From Euglena gracilis (taxonomy: Eukaryota): DNA of 64,000 bases. Below, piece by piece: positions 47,100 to 60,700 of the stretch (its first letter is position 1; each line of letters starts with the position of its first letter). Made by a program: the position numbers and the translations under genes. A model generated the notes under the pieces. The model saw nothing but the letters and a program-made list of their open reading frames with translations, did not search any database and was not told where the DNA came from. The stretch covers positions 21,402,954 to 21,466,953 of the forward strand of contig CP154954.1 of assembly GCA_039621445.1 (NCBI GenBank), written 5' to 3'.

Positions 47100-50000
47100 A
47101 TACTCCAGAGAGGCGAGCAGAGATGGAGAGAGTGCATGCACATCCCTCCAGAAAAAAATTCTTTTTCCAAAAATTTTCTTTTCCCAAGCCCTAGGGGACC
47201 TAGGGGTGCAATGTCCAACGCCCCCAGCCCAGCCCCCCCCCCAAATTATCTTATCCAGAAAATAAATTCAATGAAGGAAGTGAAGGGAGACACCCCCCTC
47301 CATCAAAGGATGCAAAAAAGCCTAAAATGTCCAACACCCCCAGCCCAGCCCCCGCAAAATCATCAGATCCAGGAAATAAATTCCATGGAGGAAATATGGG
47401 GAGACACCGCCCTTCATCAAAGGTTGCAAAAAAGCTTGACATGGTGGCAAAAAATGCCCCCCCCCAACAACATGTCAACTCATCAGGGATGGCATTCAAC
47501 CCGCCTGGGTAAGCCAACAAAATTGTCCACCCACCCAAAGCCCATAGCGAATATGAACCTACCCCAAGCAGAAAAAATACTGCAGGATTACAAAAAATCT
47601 GGATCCGTAAAGAGGGTGAAGGATTCAACCACCCAGCACCCGATCCCCTGGTTTTTGATTTCAAAACCAGAGGGGGGGGCAGACAAAATGGAGATTAATA
47701 AGCGATTGCAGGGAATTAAATCAAAGGTTCCAAGTGAAAGGTTTCAAGCTGGATCACATCCAGCACATTTTTTCCAGTGTTGGAAAAAGGCCACTGGGCA
47801 GCAAAAATAGACCGAAACGATGTTTACTTCCACATCCCAGTGAGCCAGGACGTAAGGCCATTTCTGAGACCTCAGGTGGGGAGACAGACCTGGGAATTTC
47901 AGTCAGGCTGTTTTGGCCTGAGTTTAGTCCCCCAAATTTTCATTTCAGTAATGAAAACATTCGAAAAACTGTGGAGGAAAAGGGGCCTCCAGGTCTTTAT
48001 TTACGTGGACGACATTTTACTGGTGGCCCAAACAAAAAAAAATCTTACAAAATCACCTGAACACAGCGGTCAGGGTTTTATCAAATCAGGATTCAAAATC
48101 GATGTAAAAAAGTCCACCCTGCAGCTCACCCAAATCGTATATCATCTTGGGTTTCAACTAAACCTCCAAAAGGGAAAATTACAGGTGCCCCCCATTAAAC
48201 TAAAAAGTAAAAAAGGAGCTGAGAAAAATGGTGAAAAAAGATTGCTTGTCAAAAAGGCTGCCATTTTGGGCGAAGTCAGATAAAATCTAATGGCCCTGCC
48301 CTTTCTAAGGGCCTTTACAGATGCCCTAGCAAATTTTCTGGTGGAAAATTCCACAGCCCCTTGGGACTCAAAACACACCATTTCCCGAAGAATAAGGGAC
48401 AAATTAAGAGAAATAAAAATACTACTGGACTCCTGGGGGGGCAGACCCTTCCCCCAAATTGCAACCAGAAAGTTGCACTCAGACAGCAGTACCCATGCCT
48501 CGGGGGGCTGGACATTCGAACAGACAAAATTGTGCAAGAATTTTAGAGGGAAAGCTCCATTTTGCACATAAATGTCAAAGAATTAAGTGCAGCAATAAAC
48601 ACAGTTCAAAGCCTCAGCCAGCCAGGTGAAACTGTGTCCCTGTCAGTGGACAATCAAGTAAGTTACTATTACTTATCAAAGGGGGGGGGCATAAAAGACC
48701 CCTTCAATTCCATGCTAAGACCATTTTTCAAATGGTGCATGGAACACAACATAAACCTGCAAGTAAGGTGGGTCCCTTCAAAGGAATGCCTGGCAGACCC
48801 CATTAGCAGGTGGGAAATGGACAGGGGGCATTTTTCCCTGGACCCCCAACTTTTTCAATGGCTGAGGCAGCAGTTCAAAAATTACATAACCCTGAATACA
48901 GACCTTTTTGCCTCACCAGGCAACAAAAAACTGCCACAATTTGTGGCCAGGTGGCCCCACTGGGAAGCCACAGCAGTGGATGCATTGCAATGTCCACTGG
49001 ACAACATGGGGGGACTTTATGCAACCCCCTGGTCTGTATTTCAAAAATTTCTCCCCAGATAAAGAATGTTTCCACAAGCCAAAGTTTTGATTGTCACCCC
49101 CTACTGGGATTCAGCCACATGATTGCCCCAGTTAATAAAAATGAAAGTACCAGGGACACCCTGCCTGAAAATCACCCCTTGCAAGGGCATGTTCACCAAT
49201 TGCAGGGGGAAAAAATGCCACCCCCCAGGTGGCCCCTGCTTTGCATGATTTGCTCAGGCAAATTCTGGAGGGGAAACTATAACAAAATAAAACCATTACC
49301 TATTTCCTGGGAAGAAAGCCCAGTTTAAAGCGTTATCAAAGCGCTTTTACGCTTTTAAGGGTAAATTTGGACAAAATGGGGGTGCCCCCCCCCCCAAGCC
49401 ACCACTGACCAAGTGGTTGACGCTTTAATTCAACTATTTCAATTTTCAAAAGCCAAAGCACGCAATGCATACAGTGCTATGCTATTGATCCCTGGCTTTG
49501 GAGGCCTGAGGTTCCATGCCATGTTGGCACCTTATAAAAGGCTTTGTAACCAAAATTTGGAGAAATGTGATGCATTCTGGGATCCCCTCCTAATCCTCCA
49601 GGGGCTGGCTCATTCCCCCCTGTCCTCTGATGTATATACATTGTGTACACAACTCATTTTCTGTTCACTAATCCTCTGTTTATGCAGAAGTTCATATTTG
49701 GAACAGGTCCAAAGAACCACCAGTGTGTTGGGGGGGGGCACCCTACATCAAACTTAAACGTAAATATCAAAGAATTAACAAGTGGGAGAGAGCTGTCTCC
49801 ATTTCCCACTGCCCCCAAATCAGTCCCTTTCATTTAATGATGTCTTATGTGGCAGCAACACGTTTTTTTATGAAACCTGTGGGCCCCCTTTGAATTACAT
49901 TAAAACCCCCCTACAAAGCCATTAAGGCAGATACCATTGCTTCTACCAACAAAGAATTTTTGACCAAACAGGGGGCACCCACCCAGGTTTGGGGACCCCT

Positions 50001-50580
50001 CTCCACCAGAGGGGCAGGGGTTGGTTTTCTAAAACAATTGGGCCTTTCTGCCCAAGAAGTTTGTGAAATTGGTCAATGGAAGGGGGTGAAGGCTTTCACA
50101 GCCCACTGTCAAGGACTTGGTGCCCAAGGTGCTTTGGAAGGTTCCCTGGCCCCCCTTTTTTCAGTGCACAGTCGGCCTCACAATGGCAAAGTGCGGAGCC
50201 CGAGGTGTCTCGTACTCCCTCTAGGCAAACGGACAAGGGAGGAAGGGACACCGAGGGCGAAGCACAAAGACATTGTGAGCCCGACCCCCCCAATACATGT
50301 AAGAACATTTGTATTCAAACGCCCTCGGTCAGAAGATGGGTGCCAGGGGGGGGGGGAGGTGGGGGGGGACCCCCCAGGGAAAAAGACAGCGCCATGGTCG
50401 CCACGTCGGAGACAATTCAGCCAACTCCGGCGAGGCGGCACTAAGCGGGACCTCCTAATCCAGCGCAGCGGACAATCACACAGCAAACCGCTGGCGAGCA
50501 AGGCATGGCCTCACAATGTCTTTGTGCTTCGCCGTCGGTGTCCCTTCTTCCCTGGTCGGCTTGCTTCGAGGGAGTACGAC
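47100..50580 (+). mobile_element. Degenerate DIRS1-type retrotransposon (element D, family C), 5'-truncated
   Basis: RT YVDD; RH HINVKEL...DNQ...LADPISR; MT TDLFASPGNKK; YR LSTR/GQW. ICR 50174-50279; right ITR plus extension 50418-50580; many stops and frameshifts. Confidence 0.9.
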
Positions 50581-50664
50581 TCCGGGGGGGGTAGAGTGCT
50601 CACTGGTTTTCCAGACCTCCGCTCACCCCCTGGGGGTCGCTGAGCAATGGCATGGTCATAATCC

Positions 50665-51540
50665 ACACCTCGGGCTCCGCACTTTGCCATTGTGAGGCCA
50701 TGCCTTGCTCGCCGCGGTTTGCTGTGATTGCTCTGGTGCGCTGGGTTAGGAGTCCGTGCTTAGTGCCTTTTTAGCCCGAGTTGGCTGATTCTTAACTTTC
50801 CCTTCGACACACAGAAGAAAGGAAATGAGTTCACGAACGAATAAGAACCAAGAAAAGAGAAGTCAATATCAACTCAATATCCAGAAGGGCACGAACCAGA
50901 TGAATATCAATTGAAAGGTTAATTATCAAAATTCAATTTGGACTTCAATGAGCAGCGGTATGGCCGCGGACGTCTTTGAGCGGTGGCGGCAGCAGCTGGA
51001 GAACTCGGAAATGCGGTCGACACGTGGAAAACCGTGGCCGTTCTTCCCCCCAACACCCCCACCCCAGAAATTTCCCAGCCCAACCCCCCCCCCCAAAAGA
51101 CGGCTACGGTCCTTGGACCACTGTGGCCAGAAGGCCCAGAAAAAAGAAGTCAGCCCCAGCTCTTGGTGGGCAAAAGTTGGGCCATTTAGGCGCAAAATGC
51201 CTCCCAAAGAGGCATTCAAGGCCCACACATCAGGGGCATCTCCCCCAAAGCGACTGGGCGTACAGGCGACTGGGCGCCTTTGGGGGCATCTCCCCCAAAG
51301 GCGCCCAGTCGCCTGTACACAATTTGGCCAGAAGGTGGGGAGATGAAATCAAGGCCAAGGAGGACACCACTACAGGGGCCATGGGGGCCAGTTTTACAAG
51401 CAAATTCCCTCTGGAAGGGGCAAAAAATGTCTTTCAACGACCCCAATTCATCTTGCACAAGAGCCCCTCTCAAGGGAAAGGGGTGGCCACAGCAGCCCCC
51501 AGATTTCCAGTGGGGTTGGAGGCCAAGAAGAACTCAACCC
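50665..51540 (+). mobile_element. 5' end of another family C DIRS (element E): intact left ITR 50665-50788 plus gag-like region
   Basis: The ITR is complementary to D's ICR (50174-50208) and right ITR (50418-50518). Orientation flips at ~51541. Confidence 0.8.
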
Positions 51541-52989
51541 TTTTCATCCTGGGGCTGGGTCATTGAAAGGGCCACTTTGGGTCCCTTTTCACCCCTTTTT
51601 GTGGCAGAGGGCCTCTGTGGGTCCCTCTGAAGACCCTTTCTTTGGTTCGAACTTTCTTCGGATCCTTCAGCGGAGGCCGGCTGTTTTTTGAGGGGGCTGC
51701 CGGCCTTCGAAGTCAATATATTCAAGCTTTTCTTTTTTTTGCTCTTGAGCTTTTCCAAATGAACCTTCAAACTGATTTTTTGCCAAATTCAGGTTCTTCC
51801 AAGCACAAAAAATTAATTTTTTTTTGTAGTCTTCACCAGTACATTGTATGGACAAAGAACCCTGTGTGTGAGGTTGAGTTAGAACTTGGGTGGTTCGATT
51901 TGGGGCTATGCTTAACTAGGAATTTGCTCTTTTCCTACCGACCGGAAAAATTCCGCCGGCTGGTCCAGGAATTTTCGCCAGTTAATGCCGGAAAGGCCAA
52001 AATAGGGGTTCAGGCTTCAAAGGCCTACCCACAGAACCTTTTCCGAACTTTTAATTCGACTGAAATCCAAAAATGGGAGTTTCAGTGATTTTCCAAGCCC
52101 CAGGACCAATTCAGGTCAAATTATTGGTTAAGGACCACTTACCACTTAGAAAAATCTCAGGGAGATTCCGAAAAACGAAAGTAAAATGAGGGGTCCGAAC
52201 GAAAGAAACAAGTTGGGGGGGCACTTTCACCCGTAGTTTGTGTTGCGGATGGTCAGAATGCGTAACATTCTAATAACTTTCGAGTGTCGAAGGAGAAAAG
52301 CGAGGGGGAAGACGGCCCGAGGGGCACGCTAACCCCCATGTGGCACGGTGCGGCGCACGGTGCGACGGTGCGGGCAACGGTGGCAGCGGTCAGCCGCGTG
52401 CGTCCGCCGCATCACCAACGGGGGGAGGGGCTTTAGAGACCCCGTACCACCCCCACAACCACCGTTGTGGGTCTCCTCCGTGATTTCTCCGCGATGAACC
52501 GCGTGTGTGGTCGTGTGTTATTGCAATGTGGCTGGGGGTAAAAAAAAAAGCAAACGGGGGGGGTTGTATTGGGATAGGTCGTCTCACAGCCCGTCTTGCC
52601 AAGGGTTGCGTTTCAACTCGAAAGTTGCACGGCAAGCCTTAACAAGCTCAAATGCACACACTCCCCTTCCTGATTGTCCGCTTTTTGTTGTCCTTAAGGA
52701 ACTTTCCGACTTTTTTGAACGTCTTTTTTTTGGCGTCTTTTAGAACCAAACCACCTTTGTGGTTTACTGCTTTTTTTTGTTGTTGGGCAACCTTTTTTTG
52801 TTGGTTTCCACCTCTTTATCCAACCGTTTCCACCATTTATTGATTGCTTTTGTGTGTGTTCGTGTGTCTCTCGATCTGTTACCTGCTATAGACGAGTACC
52901 AAAAATCAAAAGATCGAAAAGAAAGCGACACCGCAACCCGCGGGACCGATTCCCCGCGAAACTTGGCGCCTTGAAAAAAAATGAAAAAA

Positions 52990-53420
52990 ACTGAGAAATG
53001 GAGAAAACCCCCTGATTTCTCAAACGGAACCCTCCCGAATTCTCTTTTTGAAATACGCCAATGGGTCGATTTTCAAATTTGCCTCTTCGGCGCAAAAAAA
53101 AATTCTCGGGTGTAACGATGGAAAAAATGCCCGATGGGTTCCTAGGTGTTGTCCGACTCATCCCCACCCTTCCATTTCACAAGAAATTGCCAAGGTCCGT
53201 TTGGACCTTTTCTGTGTGAAATAATTTTTTCCACAACATATTTTCCCGGGGTAGCTTCCACATCCTTGGTTTTGCTTTGGTAAAAATTCAATGGTAGGGG
53301 TTCTCCAACGAATTTTACTTCCGCATGCAATTTCAATTGTGTGATGTGCACGCTTTGCATTACAGCAGGTTTCACCTCAATCTGGTATGAACCTTGACCC
53401 AAACGTCGTTTAACCTAACA
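52990..53420 (-). pseudogene. Gypsy integrase C-terminus plus chromodomain remnant (G3), truncated by G2
   Basis: SYQIEV...VHITQLK...KYVVEKIISHRKGPNGPWQFLVKWKG. Confidence 0.8.
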
Positions 53421-53422
53421 AG

Positions 53423-54027
53423 TGTGGGCGGCGGGAGGCGGCCTGGCGCCTGCGCACCTGAATTAGCGAATTATCTGCCCCATTCCGCTACTTTTTTTAC
53501 CCGTGTATCTTTCCCCCCCAGGTTCTCTCTTTTCGAATGTTTCATTCAAAGAATTGTGCATGCTGAAGGAAGGAATTTCAAAAATTCAATCTGAGTTCAA
53601 GGAAACAAGTGTCCAAGAAGTTCAAAAAGTCAATTCGGAAGGTCAAGCAAAAGGCAGCAAATCAATTCGAGAAAAGGGAAGAGCAAGCGGCGCTGGGAAT
53701 CAAGGTGAAGGTGTTCTTCCGCCACCCCCCCCCGCTACCCGTTTTTTTTTAAAAATCAAACCAGGCTTTTCTTCCCCCCCCCCTACTGCTTCAGAGGCAC
53801 CCCCAAGGAGTTGGCCAAAAATACCGTCCCCCCCAATTTTTGTTTTGAATTATTTGGCTGCCGGAACCCACGTTCTGGCTGAATTCAGGGACCGAAAGAC
53901 ACAAAAAATGGAATTTTTGGGCCGCGTGTGCCTATTTTACCGGAGCGCCGGTTTTCTGTTTTCCGCCACTCGGCCTGCCGGGGAGCCCATTCCGCGCACG
54001 GTCACCGAACCAGCGAGAGGGGAAAAC
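53423..54027 (+). repeat. G2 5' LTR (inferred)
   Basis: Same first 12 nt as the G1 LTR and a similar CAGCGAGA...GGGAAAAC end directly before the PBS. Confidence 0.75.
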
Positions 54028-54050
54028 TGGTAGCAGAGGCTTGTTCGATC
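54028..54050 (+). promoter_or_regulatory. Primer-binding site, tRNA-iMet type
   Basis: TGGTAGCAGAGGCTTGTTCGATC. Confidence 0.85.
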
Positions 54051-54096
54051 TACGTTTTCCATTGAAGGCCATTTTCTCGAGTGCCTTCTTTTTGAA

Positions 54097-57000
54097 ATGC
54101 AAAGCGTGCACACCTCCCCAGAATTTTCCACACACGAAGAGGCTACAGCCCACCGGGACACAGACAGGATGCCAACCTTTGCGGCGGACTCTGAAGTGTT
54201 AGCCCCCACCGCAAGTCTTTCCGATAGCCCTCTGGAAGCGCAAGAAAACACCCCGAAAAGGTACCCCCGATCCCCTGCCCCATCCGCACTTCCATCCCCA
54301 CAATCCCCGTTTACCGCGCTCCCAGCCCCACACCAACTCCCACTCATCCCACTCCAATCCGAGTCCCTAGTCGATAGCCCTCGAGACTCGTCCCAAGTCC
54401 CCCTCCTGTTCCCGAAATCAGCCCAGCCCCAGAGCTGGGACCCGACCCCCTGGCTACCACCCGGCGCCCCACCCCCTCAGCTTTTCCCCGGGACCCCACC
54501 CTTCCCCCAGCTGATCCCTTCCCTGCACTTCCCGTTCCCGTTCCCGTCCGAGGTGCCCCACCTGTGGGGCGTCCAGGAGCTGGAGAGTGAGCAGGCCTTC
54601 GCAGGCCTGCTGGTGCCCGTGCCCAGCCCCGGGCCACCGTGGAGCTCTGACGAGGGCATGCGGGCCATCACTTTTCACACCGCCCACGACCTGGGCCCCG
54701 GCGAGTCCGAGGGCCGAGACGGGATCCCCGTCCCCGTGGCTGGCCTGATCCCGTCTGTGCATCCGTACCTGCAGTCTGCTCTGCCACCTGTGCCGGTGGC
54801 AGGGCCCTCGCCGTCGCAGATGGCGTCGTCGTCCAGCCACGCCATCGCCGCACCGGTGGGAGTGCCGCCTCCCTACCGGTCCCCCAGCGAACACCCGAGC
54901 ACCACCGCCGTGCATGCGCTCTTCCGAACCCCACCATCATCGGTCCGGCCGCACAAGGTGCCGCGGCTGGGCCTCTCCGACGACGAAGGAGATGGCGAAG
55001 GTGAAGGAGAAGGAGAAGGTGATCAACAACGCCTGGGAGAAGGTCCTCGTGATGACGACGAGGTGTGGCTGGCGGCCGGAGACCAGAGCGAGATGTACGA
55101 CGTCGAGGAGAAGCCGGACGAGGTCATGCAGGGCACCCGCGAGTGGGAGGCTGCATGCGCTGCGTTGCAGACGCGGATGGACCGCCTCTGCAACAGCGTC
55201 GACTTCATCGGCTCCAAGGCGAAAGAGATGTGGGACAGCTGGGCGGCCGTGCAAATGGCCGCCGCCGTGAAGGACAAGGTCGACGAGCAAGGTGTGGCGG
55301 TGCAAGAGCTGAAGAAAAGGGTGGCGGCCCAAGAAGGGGCCCACGTGGACCTGATGGAGAACGTGGTGAAGGTGAAGGACGACATCGTCAGACTACATCA
55401 AGGAATATCACAACTCCACAAGCTCATGCCCACGGTGGCCACGGCGGAGGAGCGAATGACAAGAGTGGAGAAGTACACCCGCGACGCGCTCGGAGACGTC
55501 GGTGAAGATCTCCGAAGGATGCGGGCGAAGGTGAAGGAGGCAGAAGACAACGTCGCGGCCGCGGTGGTGGCGGTGAAGAGCGGTGTGCCGACGAGTGGAC
55601 TCACCGAGCTGGTGGAGGTGGCGCATCTCAGGGCAGCGGTGGCAGGAGCTGCTGCAGGAAAAGGAGCGGCAGCGGGCCGAGAACACCCAGCTGCAGGGGA
55701 AGCTCAACGCCGTCGAGGTGCAGACGGCCGCATTCACGGCCAAGGTGGAGGCGACCGCGGTGGCGCAAGGCAAGGCGGTGGAGGTGACGCCGCGCCTGGT
55801 GGAGCAGCTGCAGTATCAGCAGGCCGAGAACGCCTGGCTGAAGGAGCAGGTCAAGTTCCTGGGGGCGCAGGTGTCCACCTTCACCAGCAAGGTGGAGCAG
55901 CCGCGGCCAAGGAGCCAAAGGCCGCCGAGCTGCCGCCGCTGATCGTGGAGAGGATCCAGAAGGTGGAGACGGAGATCCAGAAGGTGGGAGCCCAAGCCCA
56001 AGGACTGACCGTGGCAGTGCAACGGCTCGCCGCGGACAGACCCGGTGAAACGATCCGGGTTGTGGAGACCGAAGTGCAGAAGGTGAACGTCCAGACGCAG
56101 TGGTGATGGCCGTGCAGCGGCTGGACCAGATCGTCTCGAAGGTGATCGTATCCTCCCAAGCCAAGGCGGTGCCGGCAATGCCCGCCAAGGCTCCGCCACC
56201 TCCGGCTGAGCAGCAGCCGGTGCCGGTGGCCCAGAAGCAGCCAGTGCCAGAGGTGAGGACAGTCTAGATGGAGAAGCCCGTGCAGGAGGAGTCCGTGGTG
56301 CAGGAGAAGCCGTCGTCCACCCTCCGACCAGCCCTCCGGCTGGTCCGGAAGCAGGCCGCGGCGGGAGGGGGCGGGGTGCCGTCCCTCTTCATCGCCCACC
56401 TGACCACGCCGTCCGCCGTCCCCGTCGCCAGCGCGGCGGCGGTCCGAGAGGTCCGCATCGCCCCGGTGCAGGCCCAGCCAGCGGCCATGCACTTCCTCCC
56501 GGCGCCGCTGGTGGACTCCGTCATCGGCCTCCACCCGGGCCGGTTCTCCGGGCATCCGGAGGACTGGCCGCAGTGGCGGAGGCGGTGGCTCCTGTTCCTT
56601 CGGGAACTTGATCAGGCGTGGCCGTCCATCACGTCAGCTCAGCGCCTCGCCATGTTCCGCGCGGCTTTGGACGAGGCCACGGTGCTGATGCTGGACGAGG
56701 ACATCGAGACCAAGGAAGAGGTGGAGTATGCCGTGCTGTTCGCGGAGGTGGACCTGGCGAACGGTGGAGAGGACAAGGAGGTCCTGCGGCGACGAATGAG
56801 GAAGCTGAAGCTGGTGACGAGCGGGAAGCTGACCGAGAAGTCCTGGACGGAGTATTACGCGCAGATGGTGTCCATGGAGAGGCAGGTGGGCATGGAGGAG
56901 GAGGAGCTGGGGAGCTCCTCGTGGAGGCCATGCCCCTCCACCCCTGGCGCCGAAAGGTGGCGCAGGAGGAGGACAAGCGGGTGGACCACCGGTCCATCGT

Positions 57001-57721
57001 GCTGGAGGTCCTGCCGATGGACACGACGGTGGAGGAGGTGAAGGAGATGATCAAGCAAGAGACCACGGTGGCCCCCGCCTCGGTGCGGAAGGCGGGGCGC
57101 CGCTTCGTGGTGGTGCCAGTGGGCGACGAGCACCGCACCCTGGTGAAGGCCGTGTATGACCGCCAGCGGCTCGAGGGCGGCAGCATCGTCATGGTGACGG
57201 CCGACTCGTGCGATCTACCGGCGAAGGACATCCACAACCTCATGGTGAGATGGCTGCGGATGGAGGCGAAGATGGCCCCCGAGAAGGAGAAGGAGATCCC
57301 GGAGAAGCGGCCGGTACCACGGTGGCAGCGGGACGTGGAGGTCGACGACACCACCGAGGAGCCGTACATCCAGGAGGTGGAGAAGACGAATGTGCCGCCG
57401 AAGAAGGAGAAGGAAGCGCAGCAACCACGCCCGCCGACGCCTCCGGTGCCCGCGCCCCAAGGCAAAGGACAAGGCTAAGGGGGACGTGGGTACCAGGAGC
57501 AGTGGTCATCGAGCCCATGGACGAGTGAAGAAGGAAAAGGAAAGGGTGGTGGGTACCAAGGCGAGCAGTGGACATCGAATGCCCCAAGACAAGATGAAGG
57601 CAAAGGAAAAGGCAGGGCGAAAGGTGGAGCCAAAGGAAATCAAGGAAAAGGAAAGTCCAAGGGCAAAGGCAAGGACGGCAAGAGCAACGTCTCGGCCGTC
57701 CAAGAGCAGTATCATGAGTGA
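54097..57721 (+). pseudogene. gag: G2 gag (several frameshifts and stops)
   Basis: ORF pieces 54097..56106, 56268..57041 and 56618..57478 align with G1 Gag (HPGRFSG, EDKEVLRR, YDRQRLEGGS, PRWQRDV). Confidence 0.85.
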
Positions 57722-60700
57722 CGGGGCCGCCCAGGCCCCAGGGATGGGGGTTGGGCCGGCCGTCAAATCCCAACGCCAGCGTGAGCGTGCGGGCAATCAC
57801 CCAAGAGCCCCGCACGCCCCCCAGACCCAGCAAGCTCCAAATATCCCAAGGAGGGGAGAGACCATGCCCGGAAGCACACGGTCAAGGCGGGGGCCATCAG
57901 ATTTCGACAAACAACTACTGGGCCGTGCTACAGAACAAGTCCCGTCGTTCTGAGCAACCGTCTGCGGCGCGTCCGGTCTCGTCTGCGCAGTCATCGCCCC
58001 CTGCCAAGCCAGCAGCGTTCGTGTCATCGTCTACGCAGCATCGTGTCACCGCGACGCCCCCAGCCTGGCAGCAGAAAGAGCGAGCACCGCGCCAGTCCGC
58101 ACCAAGCCGGACGACGCTGCCCCCGCCATCAGCAGCGCCGTCAGCGGCACCACGCTCCGCACCCGCAGTAACCAGCGCCCCGTTCCCCCCGCAGAGCGCA
58201 CCGTCCTCCCGGTCGGCACCGAAGCCGGCCGCATCGTCACCACCAACCTCATCGCCGAAGAGGTGGGCCCTGGACCTGTTCTCCGGAACGGGTTCGGTGA
58301 AGCGGGCGCTGGAGAACCTCGGCTACTCCGTCGTCTCGGTGGACTCCGACCCGCGGTTGAAGGCGGACAAGACGGTGGACGTGCGGCGCTGGCGGTACTG
58401 GGATGAGTACTGGCCCGGCGACTTCGAGCTGGTGGCCGCCTCGCCGCCGTGCACCGAGTACTCCAGAGCGATTACGACCAGGAGGCGGTGGCTGCGGAAG
58501 GCCGACTTCCTGGTCCGCAAGACGAAGGAGATCATCGCCTACCTGCGGCCGTCCCTGTGGTGGCTGAAGAATCCCCGCTACGGGAAACTCCGCCACCGCA
58601 AGGTCTTCGAGGACATGCAGTACGTCGATGTGGACTACTGCATGTTCGAGGCGTGGAGCTATCGCAAGCCCACACGCTTCTGGATCGCGGACTCCATGGC
58701 CCCCATGCAGGACATCGTGTGCGACGGCCAGTGCGAGAACATCGTGGAGGAGCAAGATGGACGGCGACATCACCGACGGCAGCTGGGTGGGGCATCCCAG
58801 CAGCGCGGCACCCGAAAGCAGGCATATCGCATTCCCGAAGGTGTCGTCCGATACCTGCGTGAGCGCACCCCACCAACCCGCCAAGAAGCCGTGCCACCCA
58901 GTGCGATACCGCCGTCGCCGTCACCCGCACCCGCGTCCGCACCCACACCACCAAGCAGGACGGCGCTGCCCCCGCAAGCAGCGGCGCTGTCCCGAGCTCC
59001 ACGCCAACGACCGCCATCGTGCACCCGCCAAGCATCGTGCACCCCCGCCGAGCCGCCAAACGATGCACCCACCGAGTCCGTCGCCACCGCCGCCGACGAG
59101 CCCCACCCCCGCGGAAGGTCCACAAGTCCGTCCGTGGCAGTATCGCCCCAGCCGGCCCTTCCAGGTGGGCCGCATGGAGAGGCGGGGCGGCAGCTACCAG
59201 CTCATGCTGGATGTGGTAGTCGAGATCGACGGCCGGGAGGAGAAGGCGGAGGCCCTCATCGACACGGGGGCGCAGACATCGCTTATCCGTCGGGACTTGT
59301 TCCCGAACGGATGTTTCCGCCGCAGCGAGCGACTGCTGCTGCTGCGGACCGTGACCGGCGACCTGCTGGCGGGCGGAAGCAACGAGGCGGACGTCCTCCT
59401 GTGTTCAACGCGAGGAGTGAAGGAGAGGGGAGTGCAGGAATGAAGAGGTGGCACAGCCAGATCACCGTCCATGACGGTGATATAGGGTGTGACCTGATTC
59501 TGGGTTACCCCTGGCCGAAGGAGCACAGGCTGGATGTGCAACCCTGGCGGGATGCACTCCAGCTCCACGACGAACCCCGATGGGTCATCACCGGCACCGA
59601 AGCAAGCAAGATCGCAGCGCTGAGCACACGCACCCACGCGACCGTCCGAGCCCGCAGCCCGTCGCCGTTGTCCCGCACGCCGCCCGAAGTGGAGGAGGAG
59701 ATGGAGGCGGAGGTGAAGAAGATGAGGCTCACCGTCGGGGTCAACGGCCCCGACGGAGACGAGGAGGAGGAGACCCTGGACGCCGAGGAGGAGGCAATGG
59801 TGGCCAAGGTGCTGATCGAAGCGGCCAAGGAGGCGAAGGAAGTTCGTGGGGTGGTCACGGCCGACGCGGAGGAGCAGCACCCGCTGGCCGTCCAGCTCCG
59901 CGCAGAGATCCTCAAGGAGTTCGAGGGCCGCGTCTTCTGCGACCGCGTCCACCCCGATCCACCGCCCCGAGGCCAGCATGGGATGGCGGTGCTGCGCCTC
60001 AAGCCAAACGCCCAACCGGTGATGGGGAGGGTAATCCACCTGAAGGGCGAACGGCTGGAGGCGCTGCGGGAGATGGAGGAGGAGTGTCGCCGCGACCGGA
60101 AGGTGGAGCCGGGGCGCGGCCCGTGGCGGGCGGCCGTCTTCCCGATTCGGAAGAAGAACGGGAAGTGGAGGATGGTGTGTGACTACGTGGTGACGAACCT
60201 GCAGATCATGGCGGACAGCTACCCCTTGCCCTTGACGGAGGAGACCGTGGCGGAGCAGGCGAAGTGTACCCTCTTCAGCACCATCGACTTGCGGGACGCG
60301 TTCCACCAGGTGGCCTTGGCGGAAGAGAGCCGACCGGTGACGAACGTCAAGCTGCCGGGTGGGCTGTGGCAGTGGCGTGTGGTCCCGCAGGGGATTAACG
60401 TCCGGCCCGCCCTCCTGCAGCGGGACATCGACGCCACCTGCGCGGCGGTGAAGGCGCACTTCCGCCCGTACTTCGACGACATCATCGTCAGTACGCGGCA
60501 GGGAGCGGAGGAGACGGACGAGGAGTTCTACAAGAAGCACGCCCGAGACGTCCGTGAGACGTTGCTGGCCTTGGAGAAGGACAGATGGGTCAGCGACAGC
60601 CGCAAGGTCAAGCTCTTCATGAGGCAGGTCGAGTTCGTGGGGCATGCCCTGGGGCACGGCAGGAGGGCGCCTGCCCCAGGCGGACTGGGGGCGGTGCAGC

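Noticed and set aside
51630-52267. Possible 3' LTR of G3 on the minus strand starting TGTTACG
   Set aside because: No convincing PPT and no partner LTR in the window.
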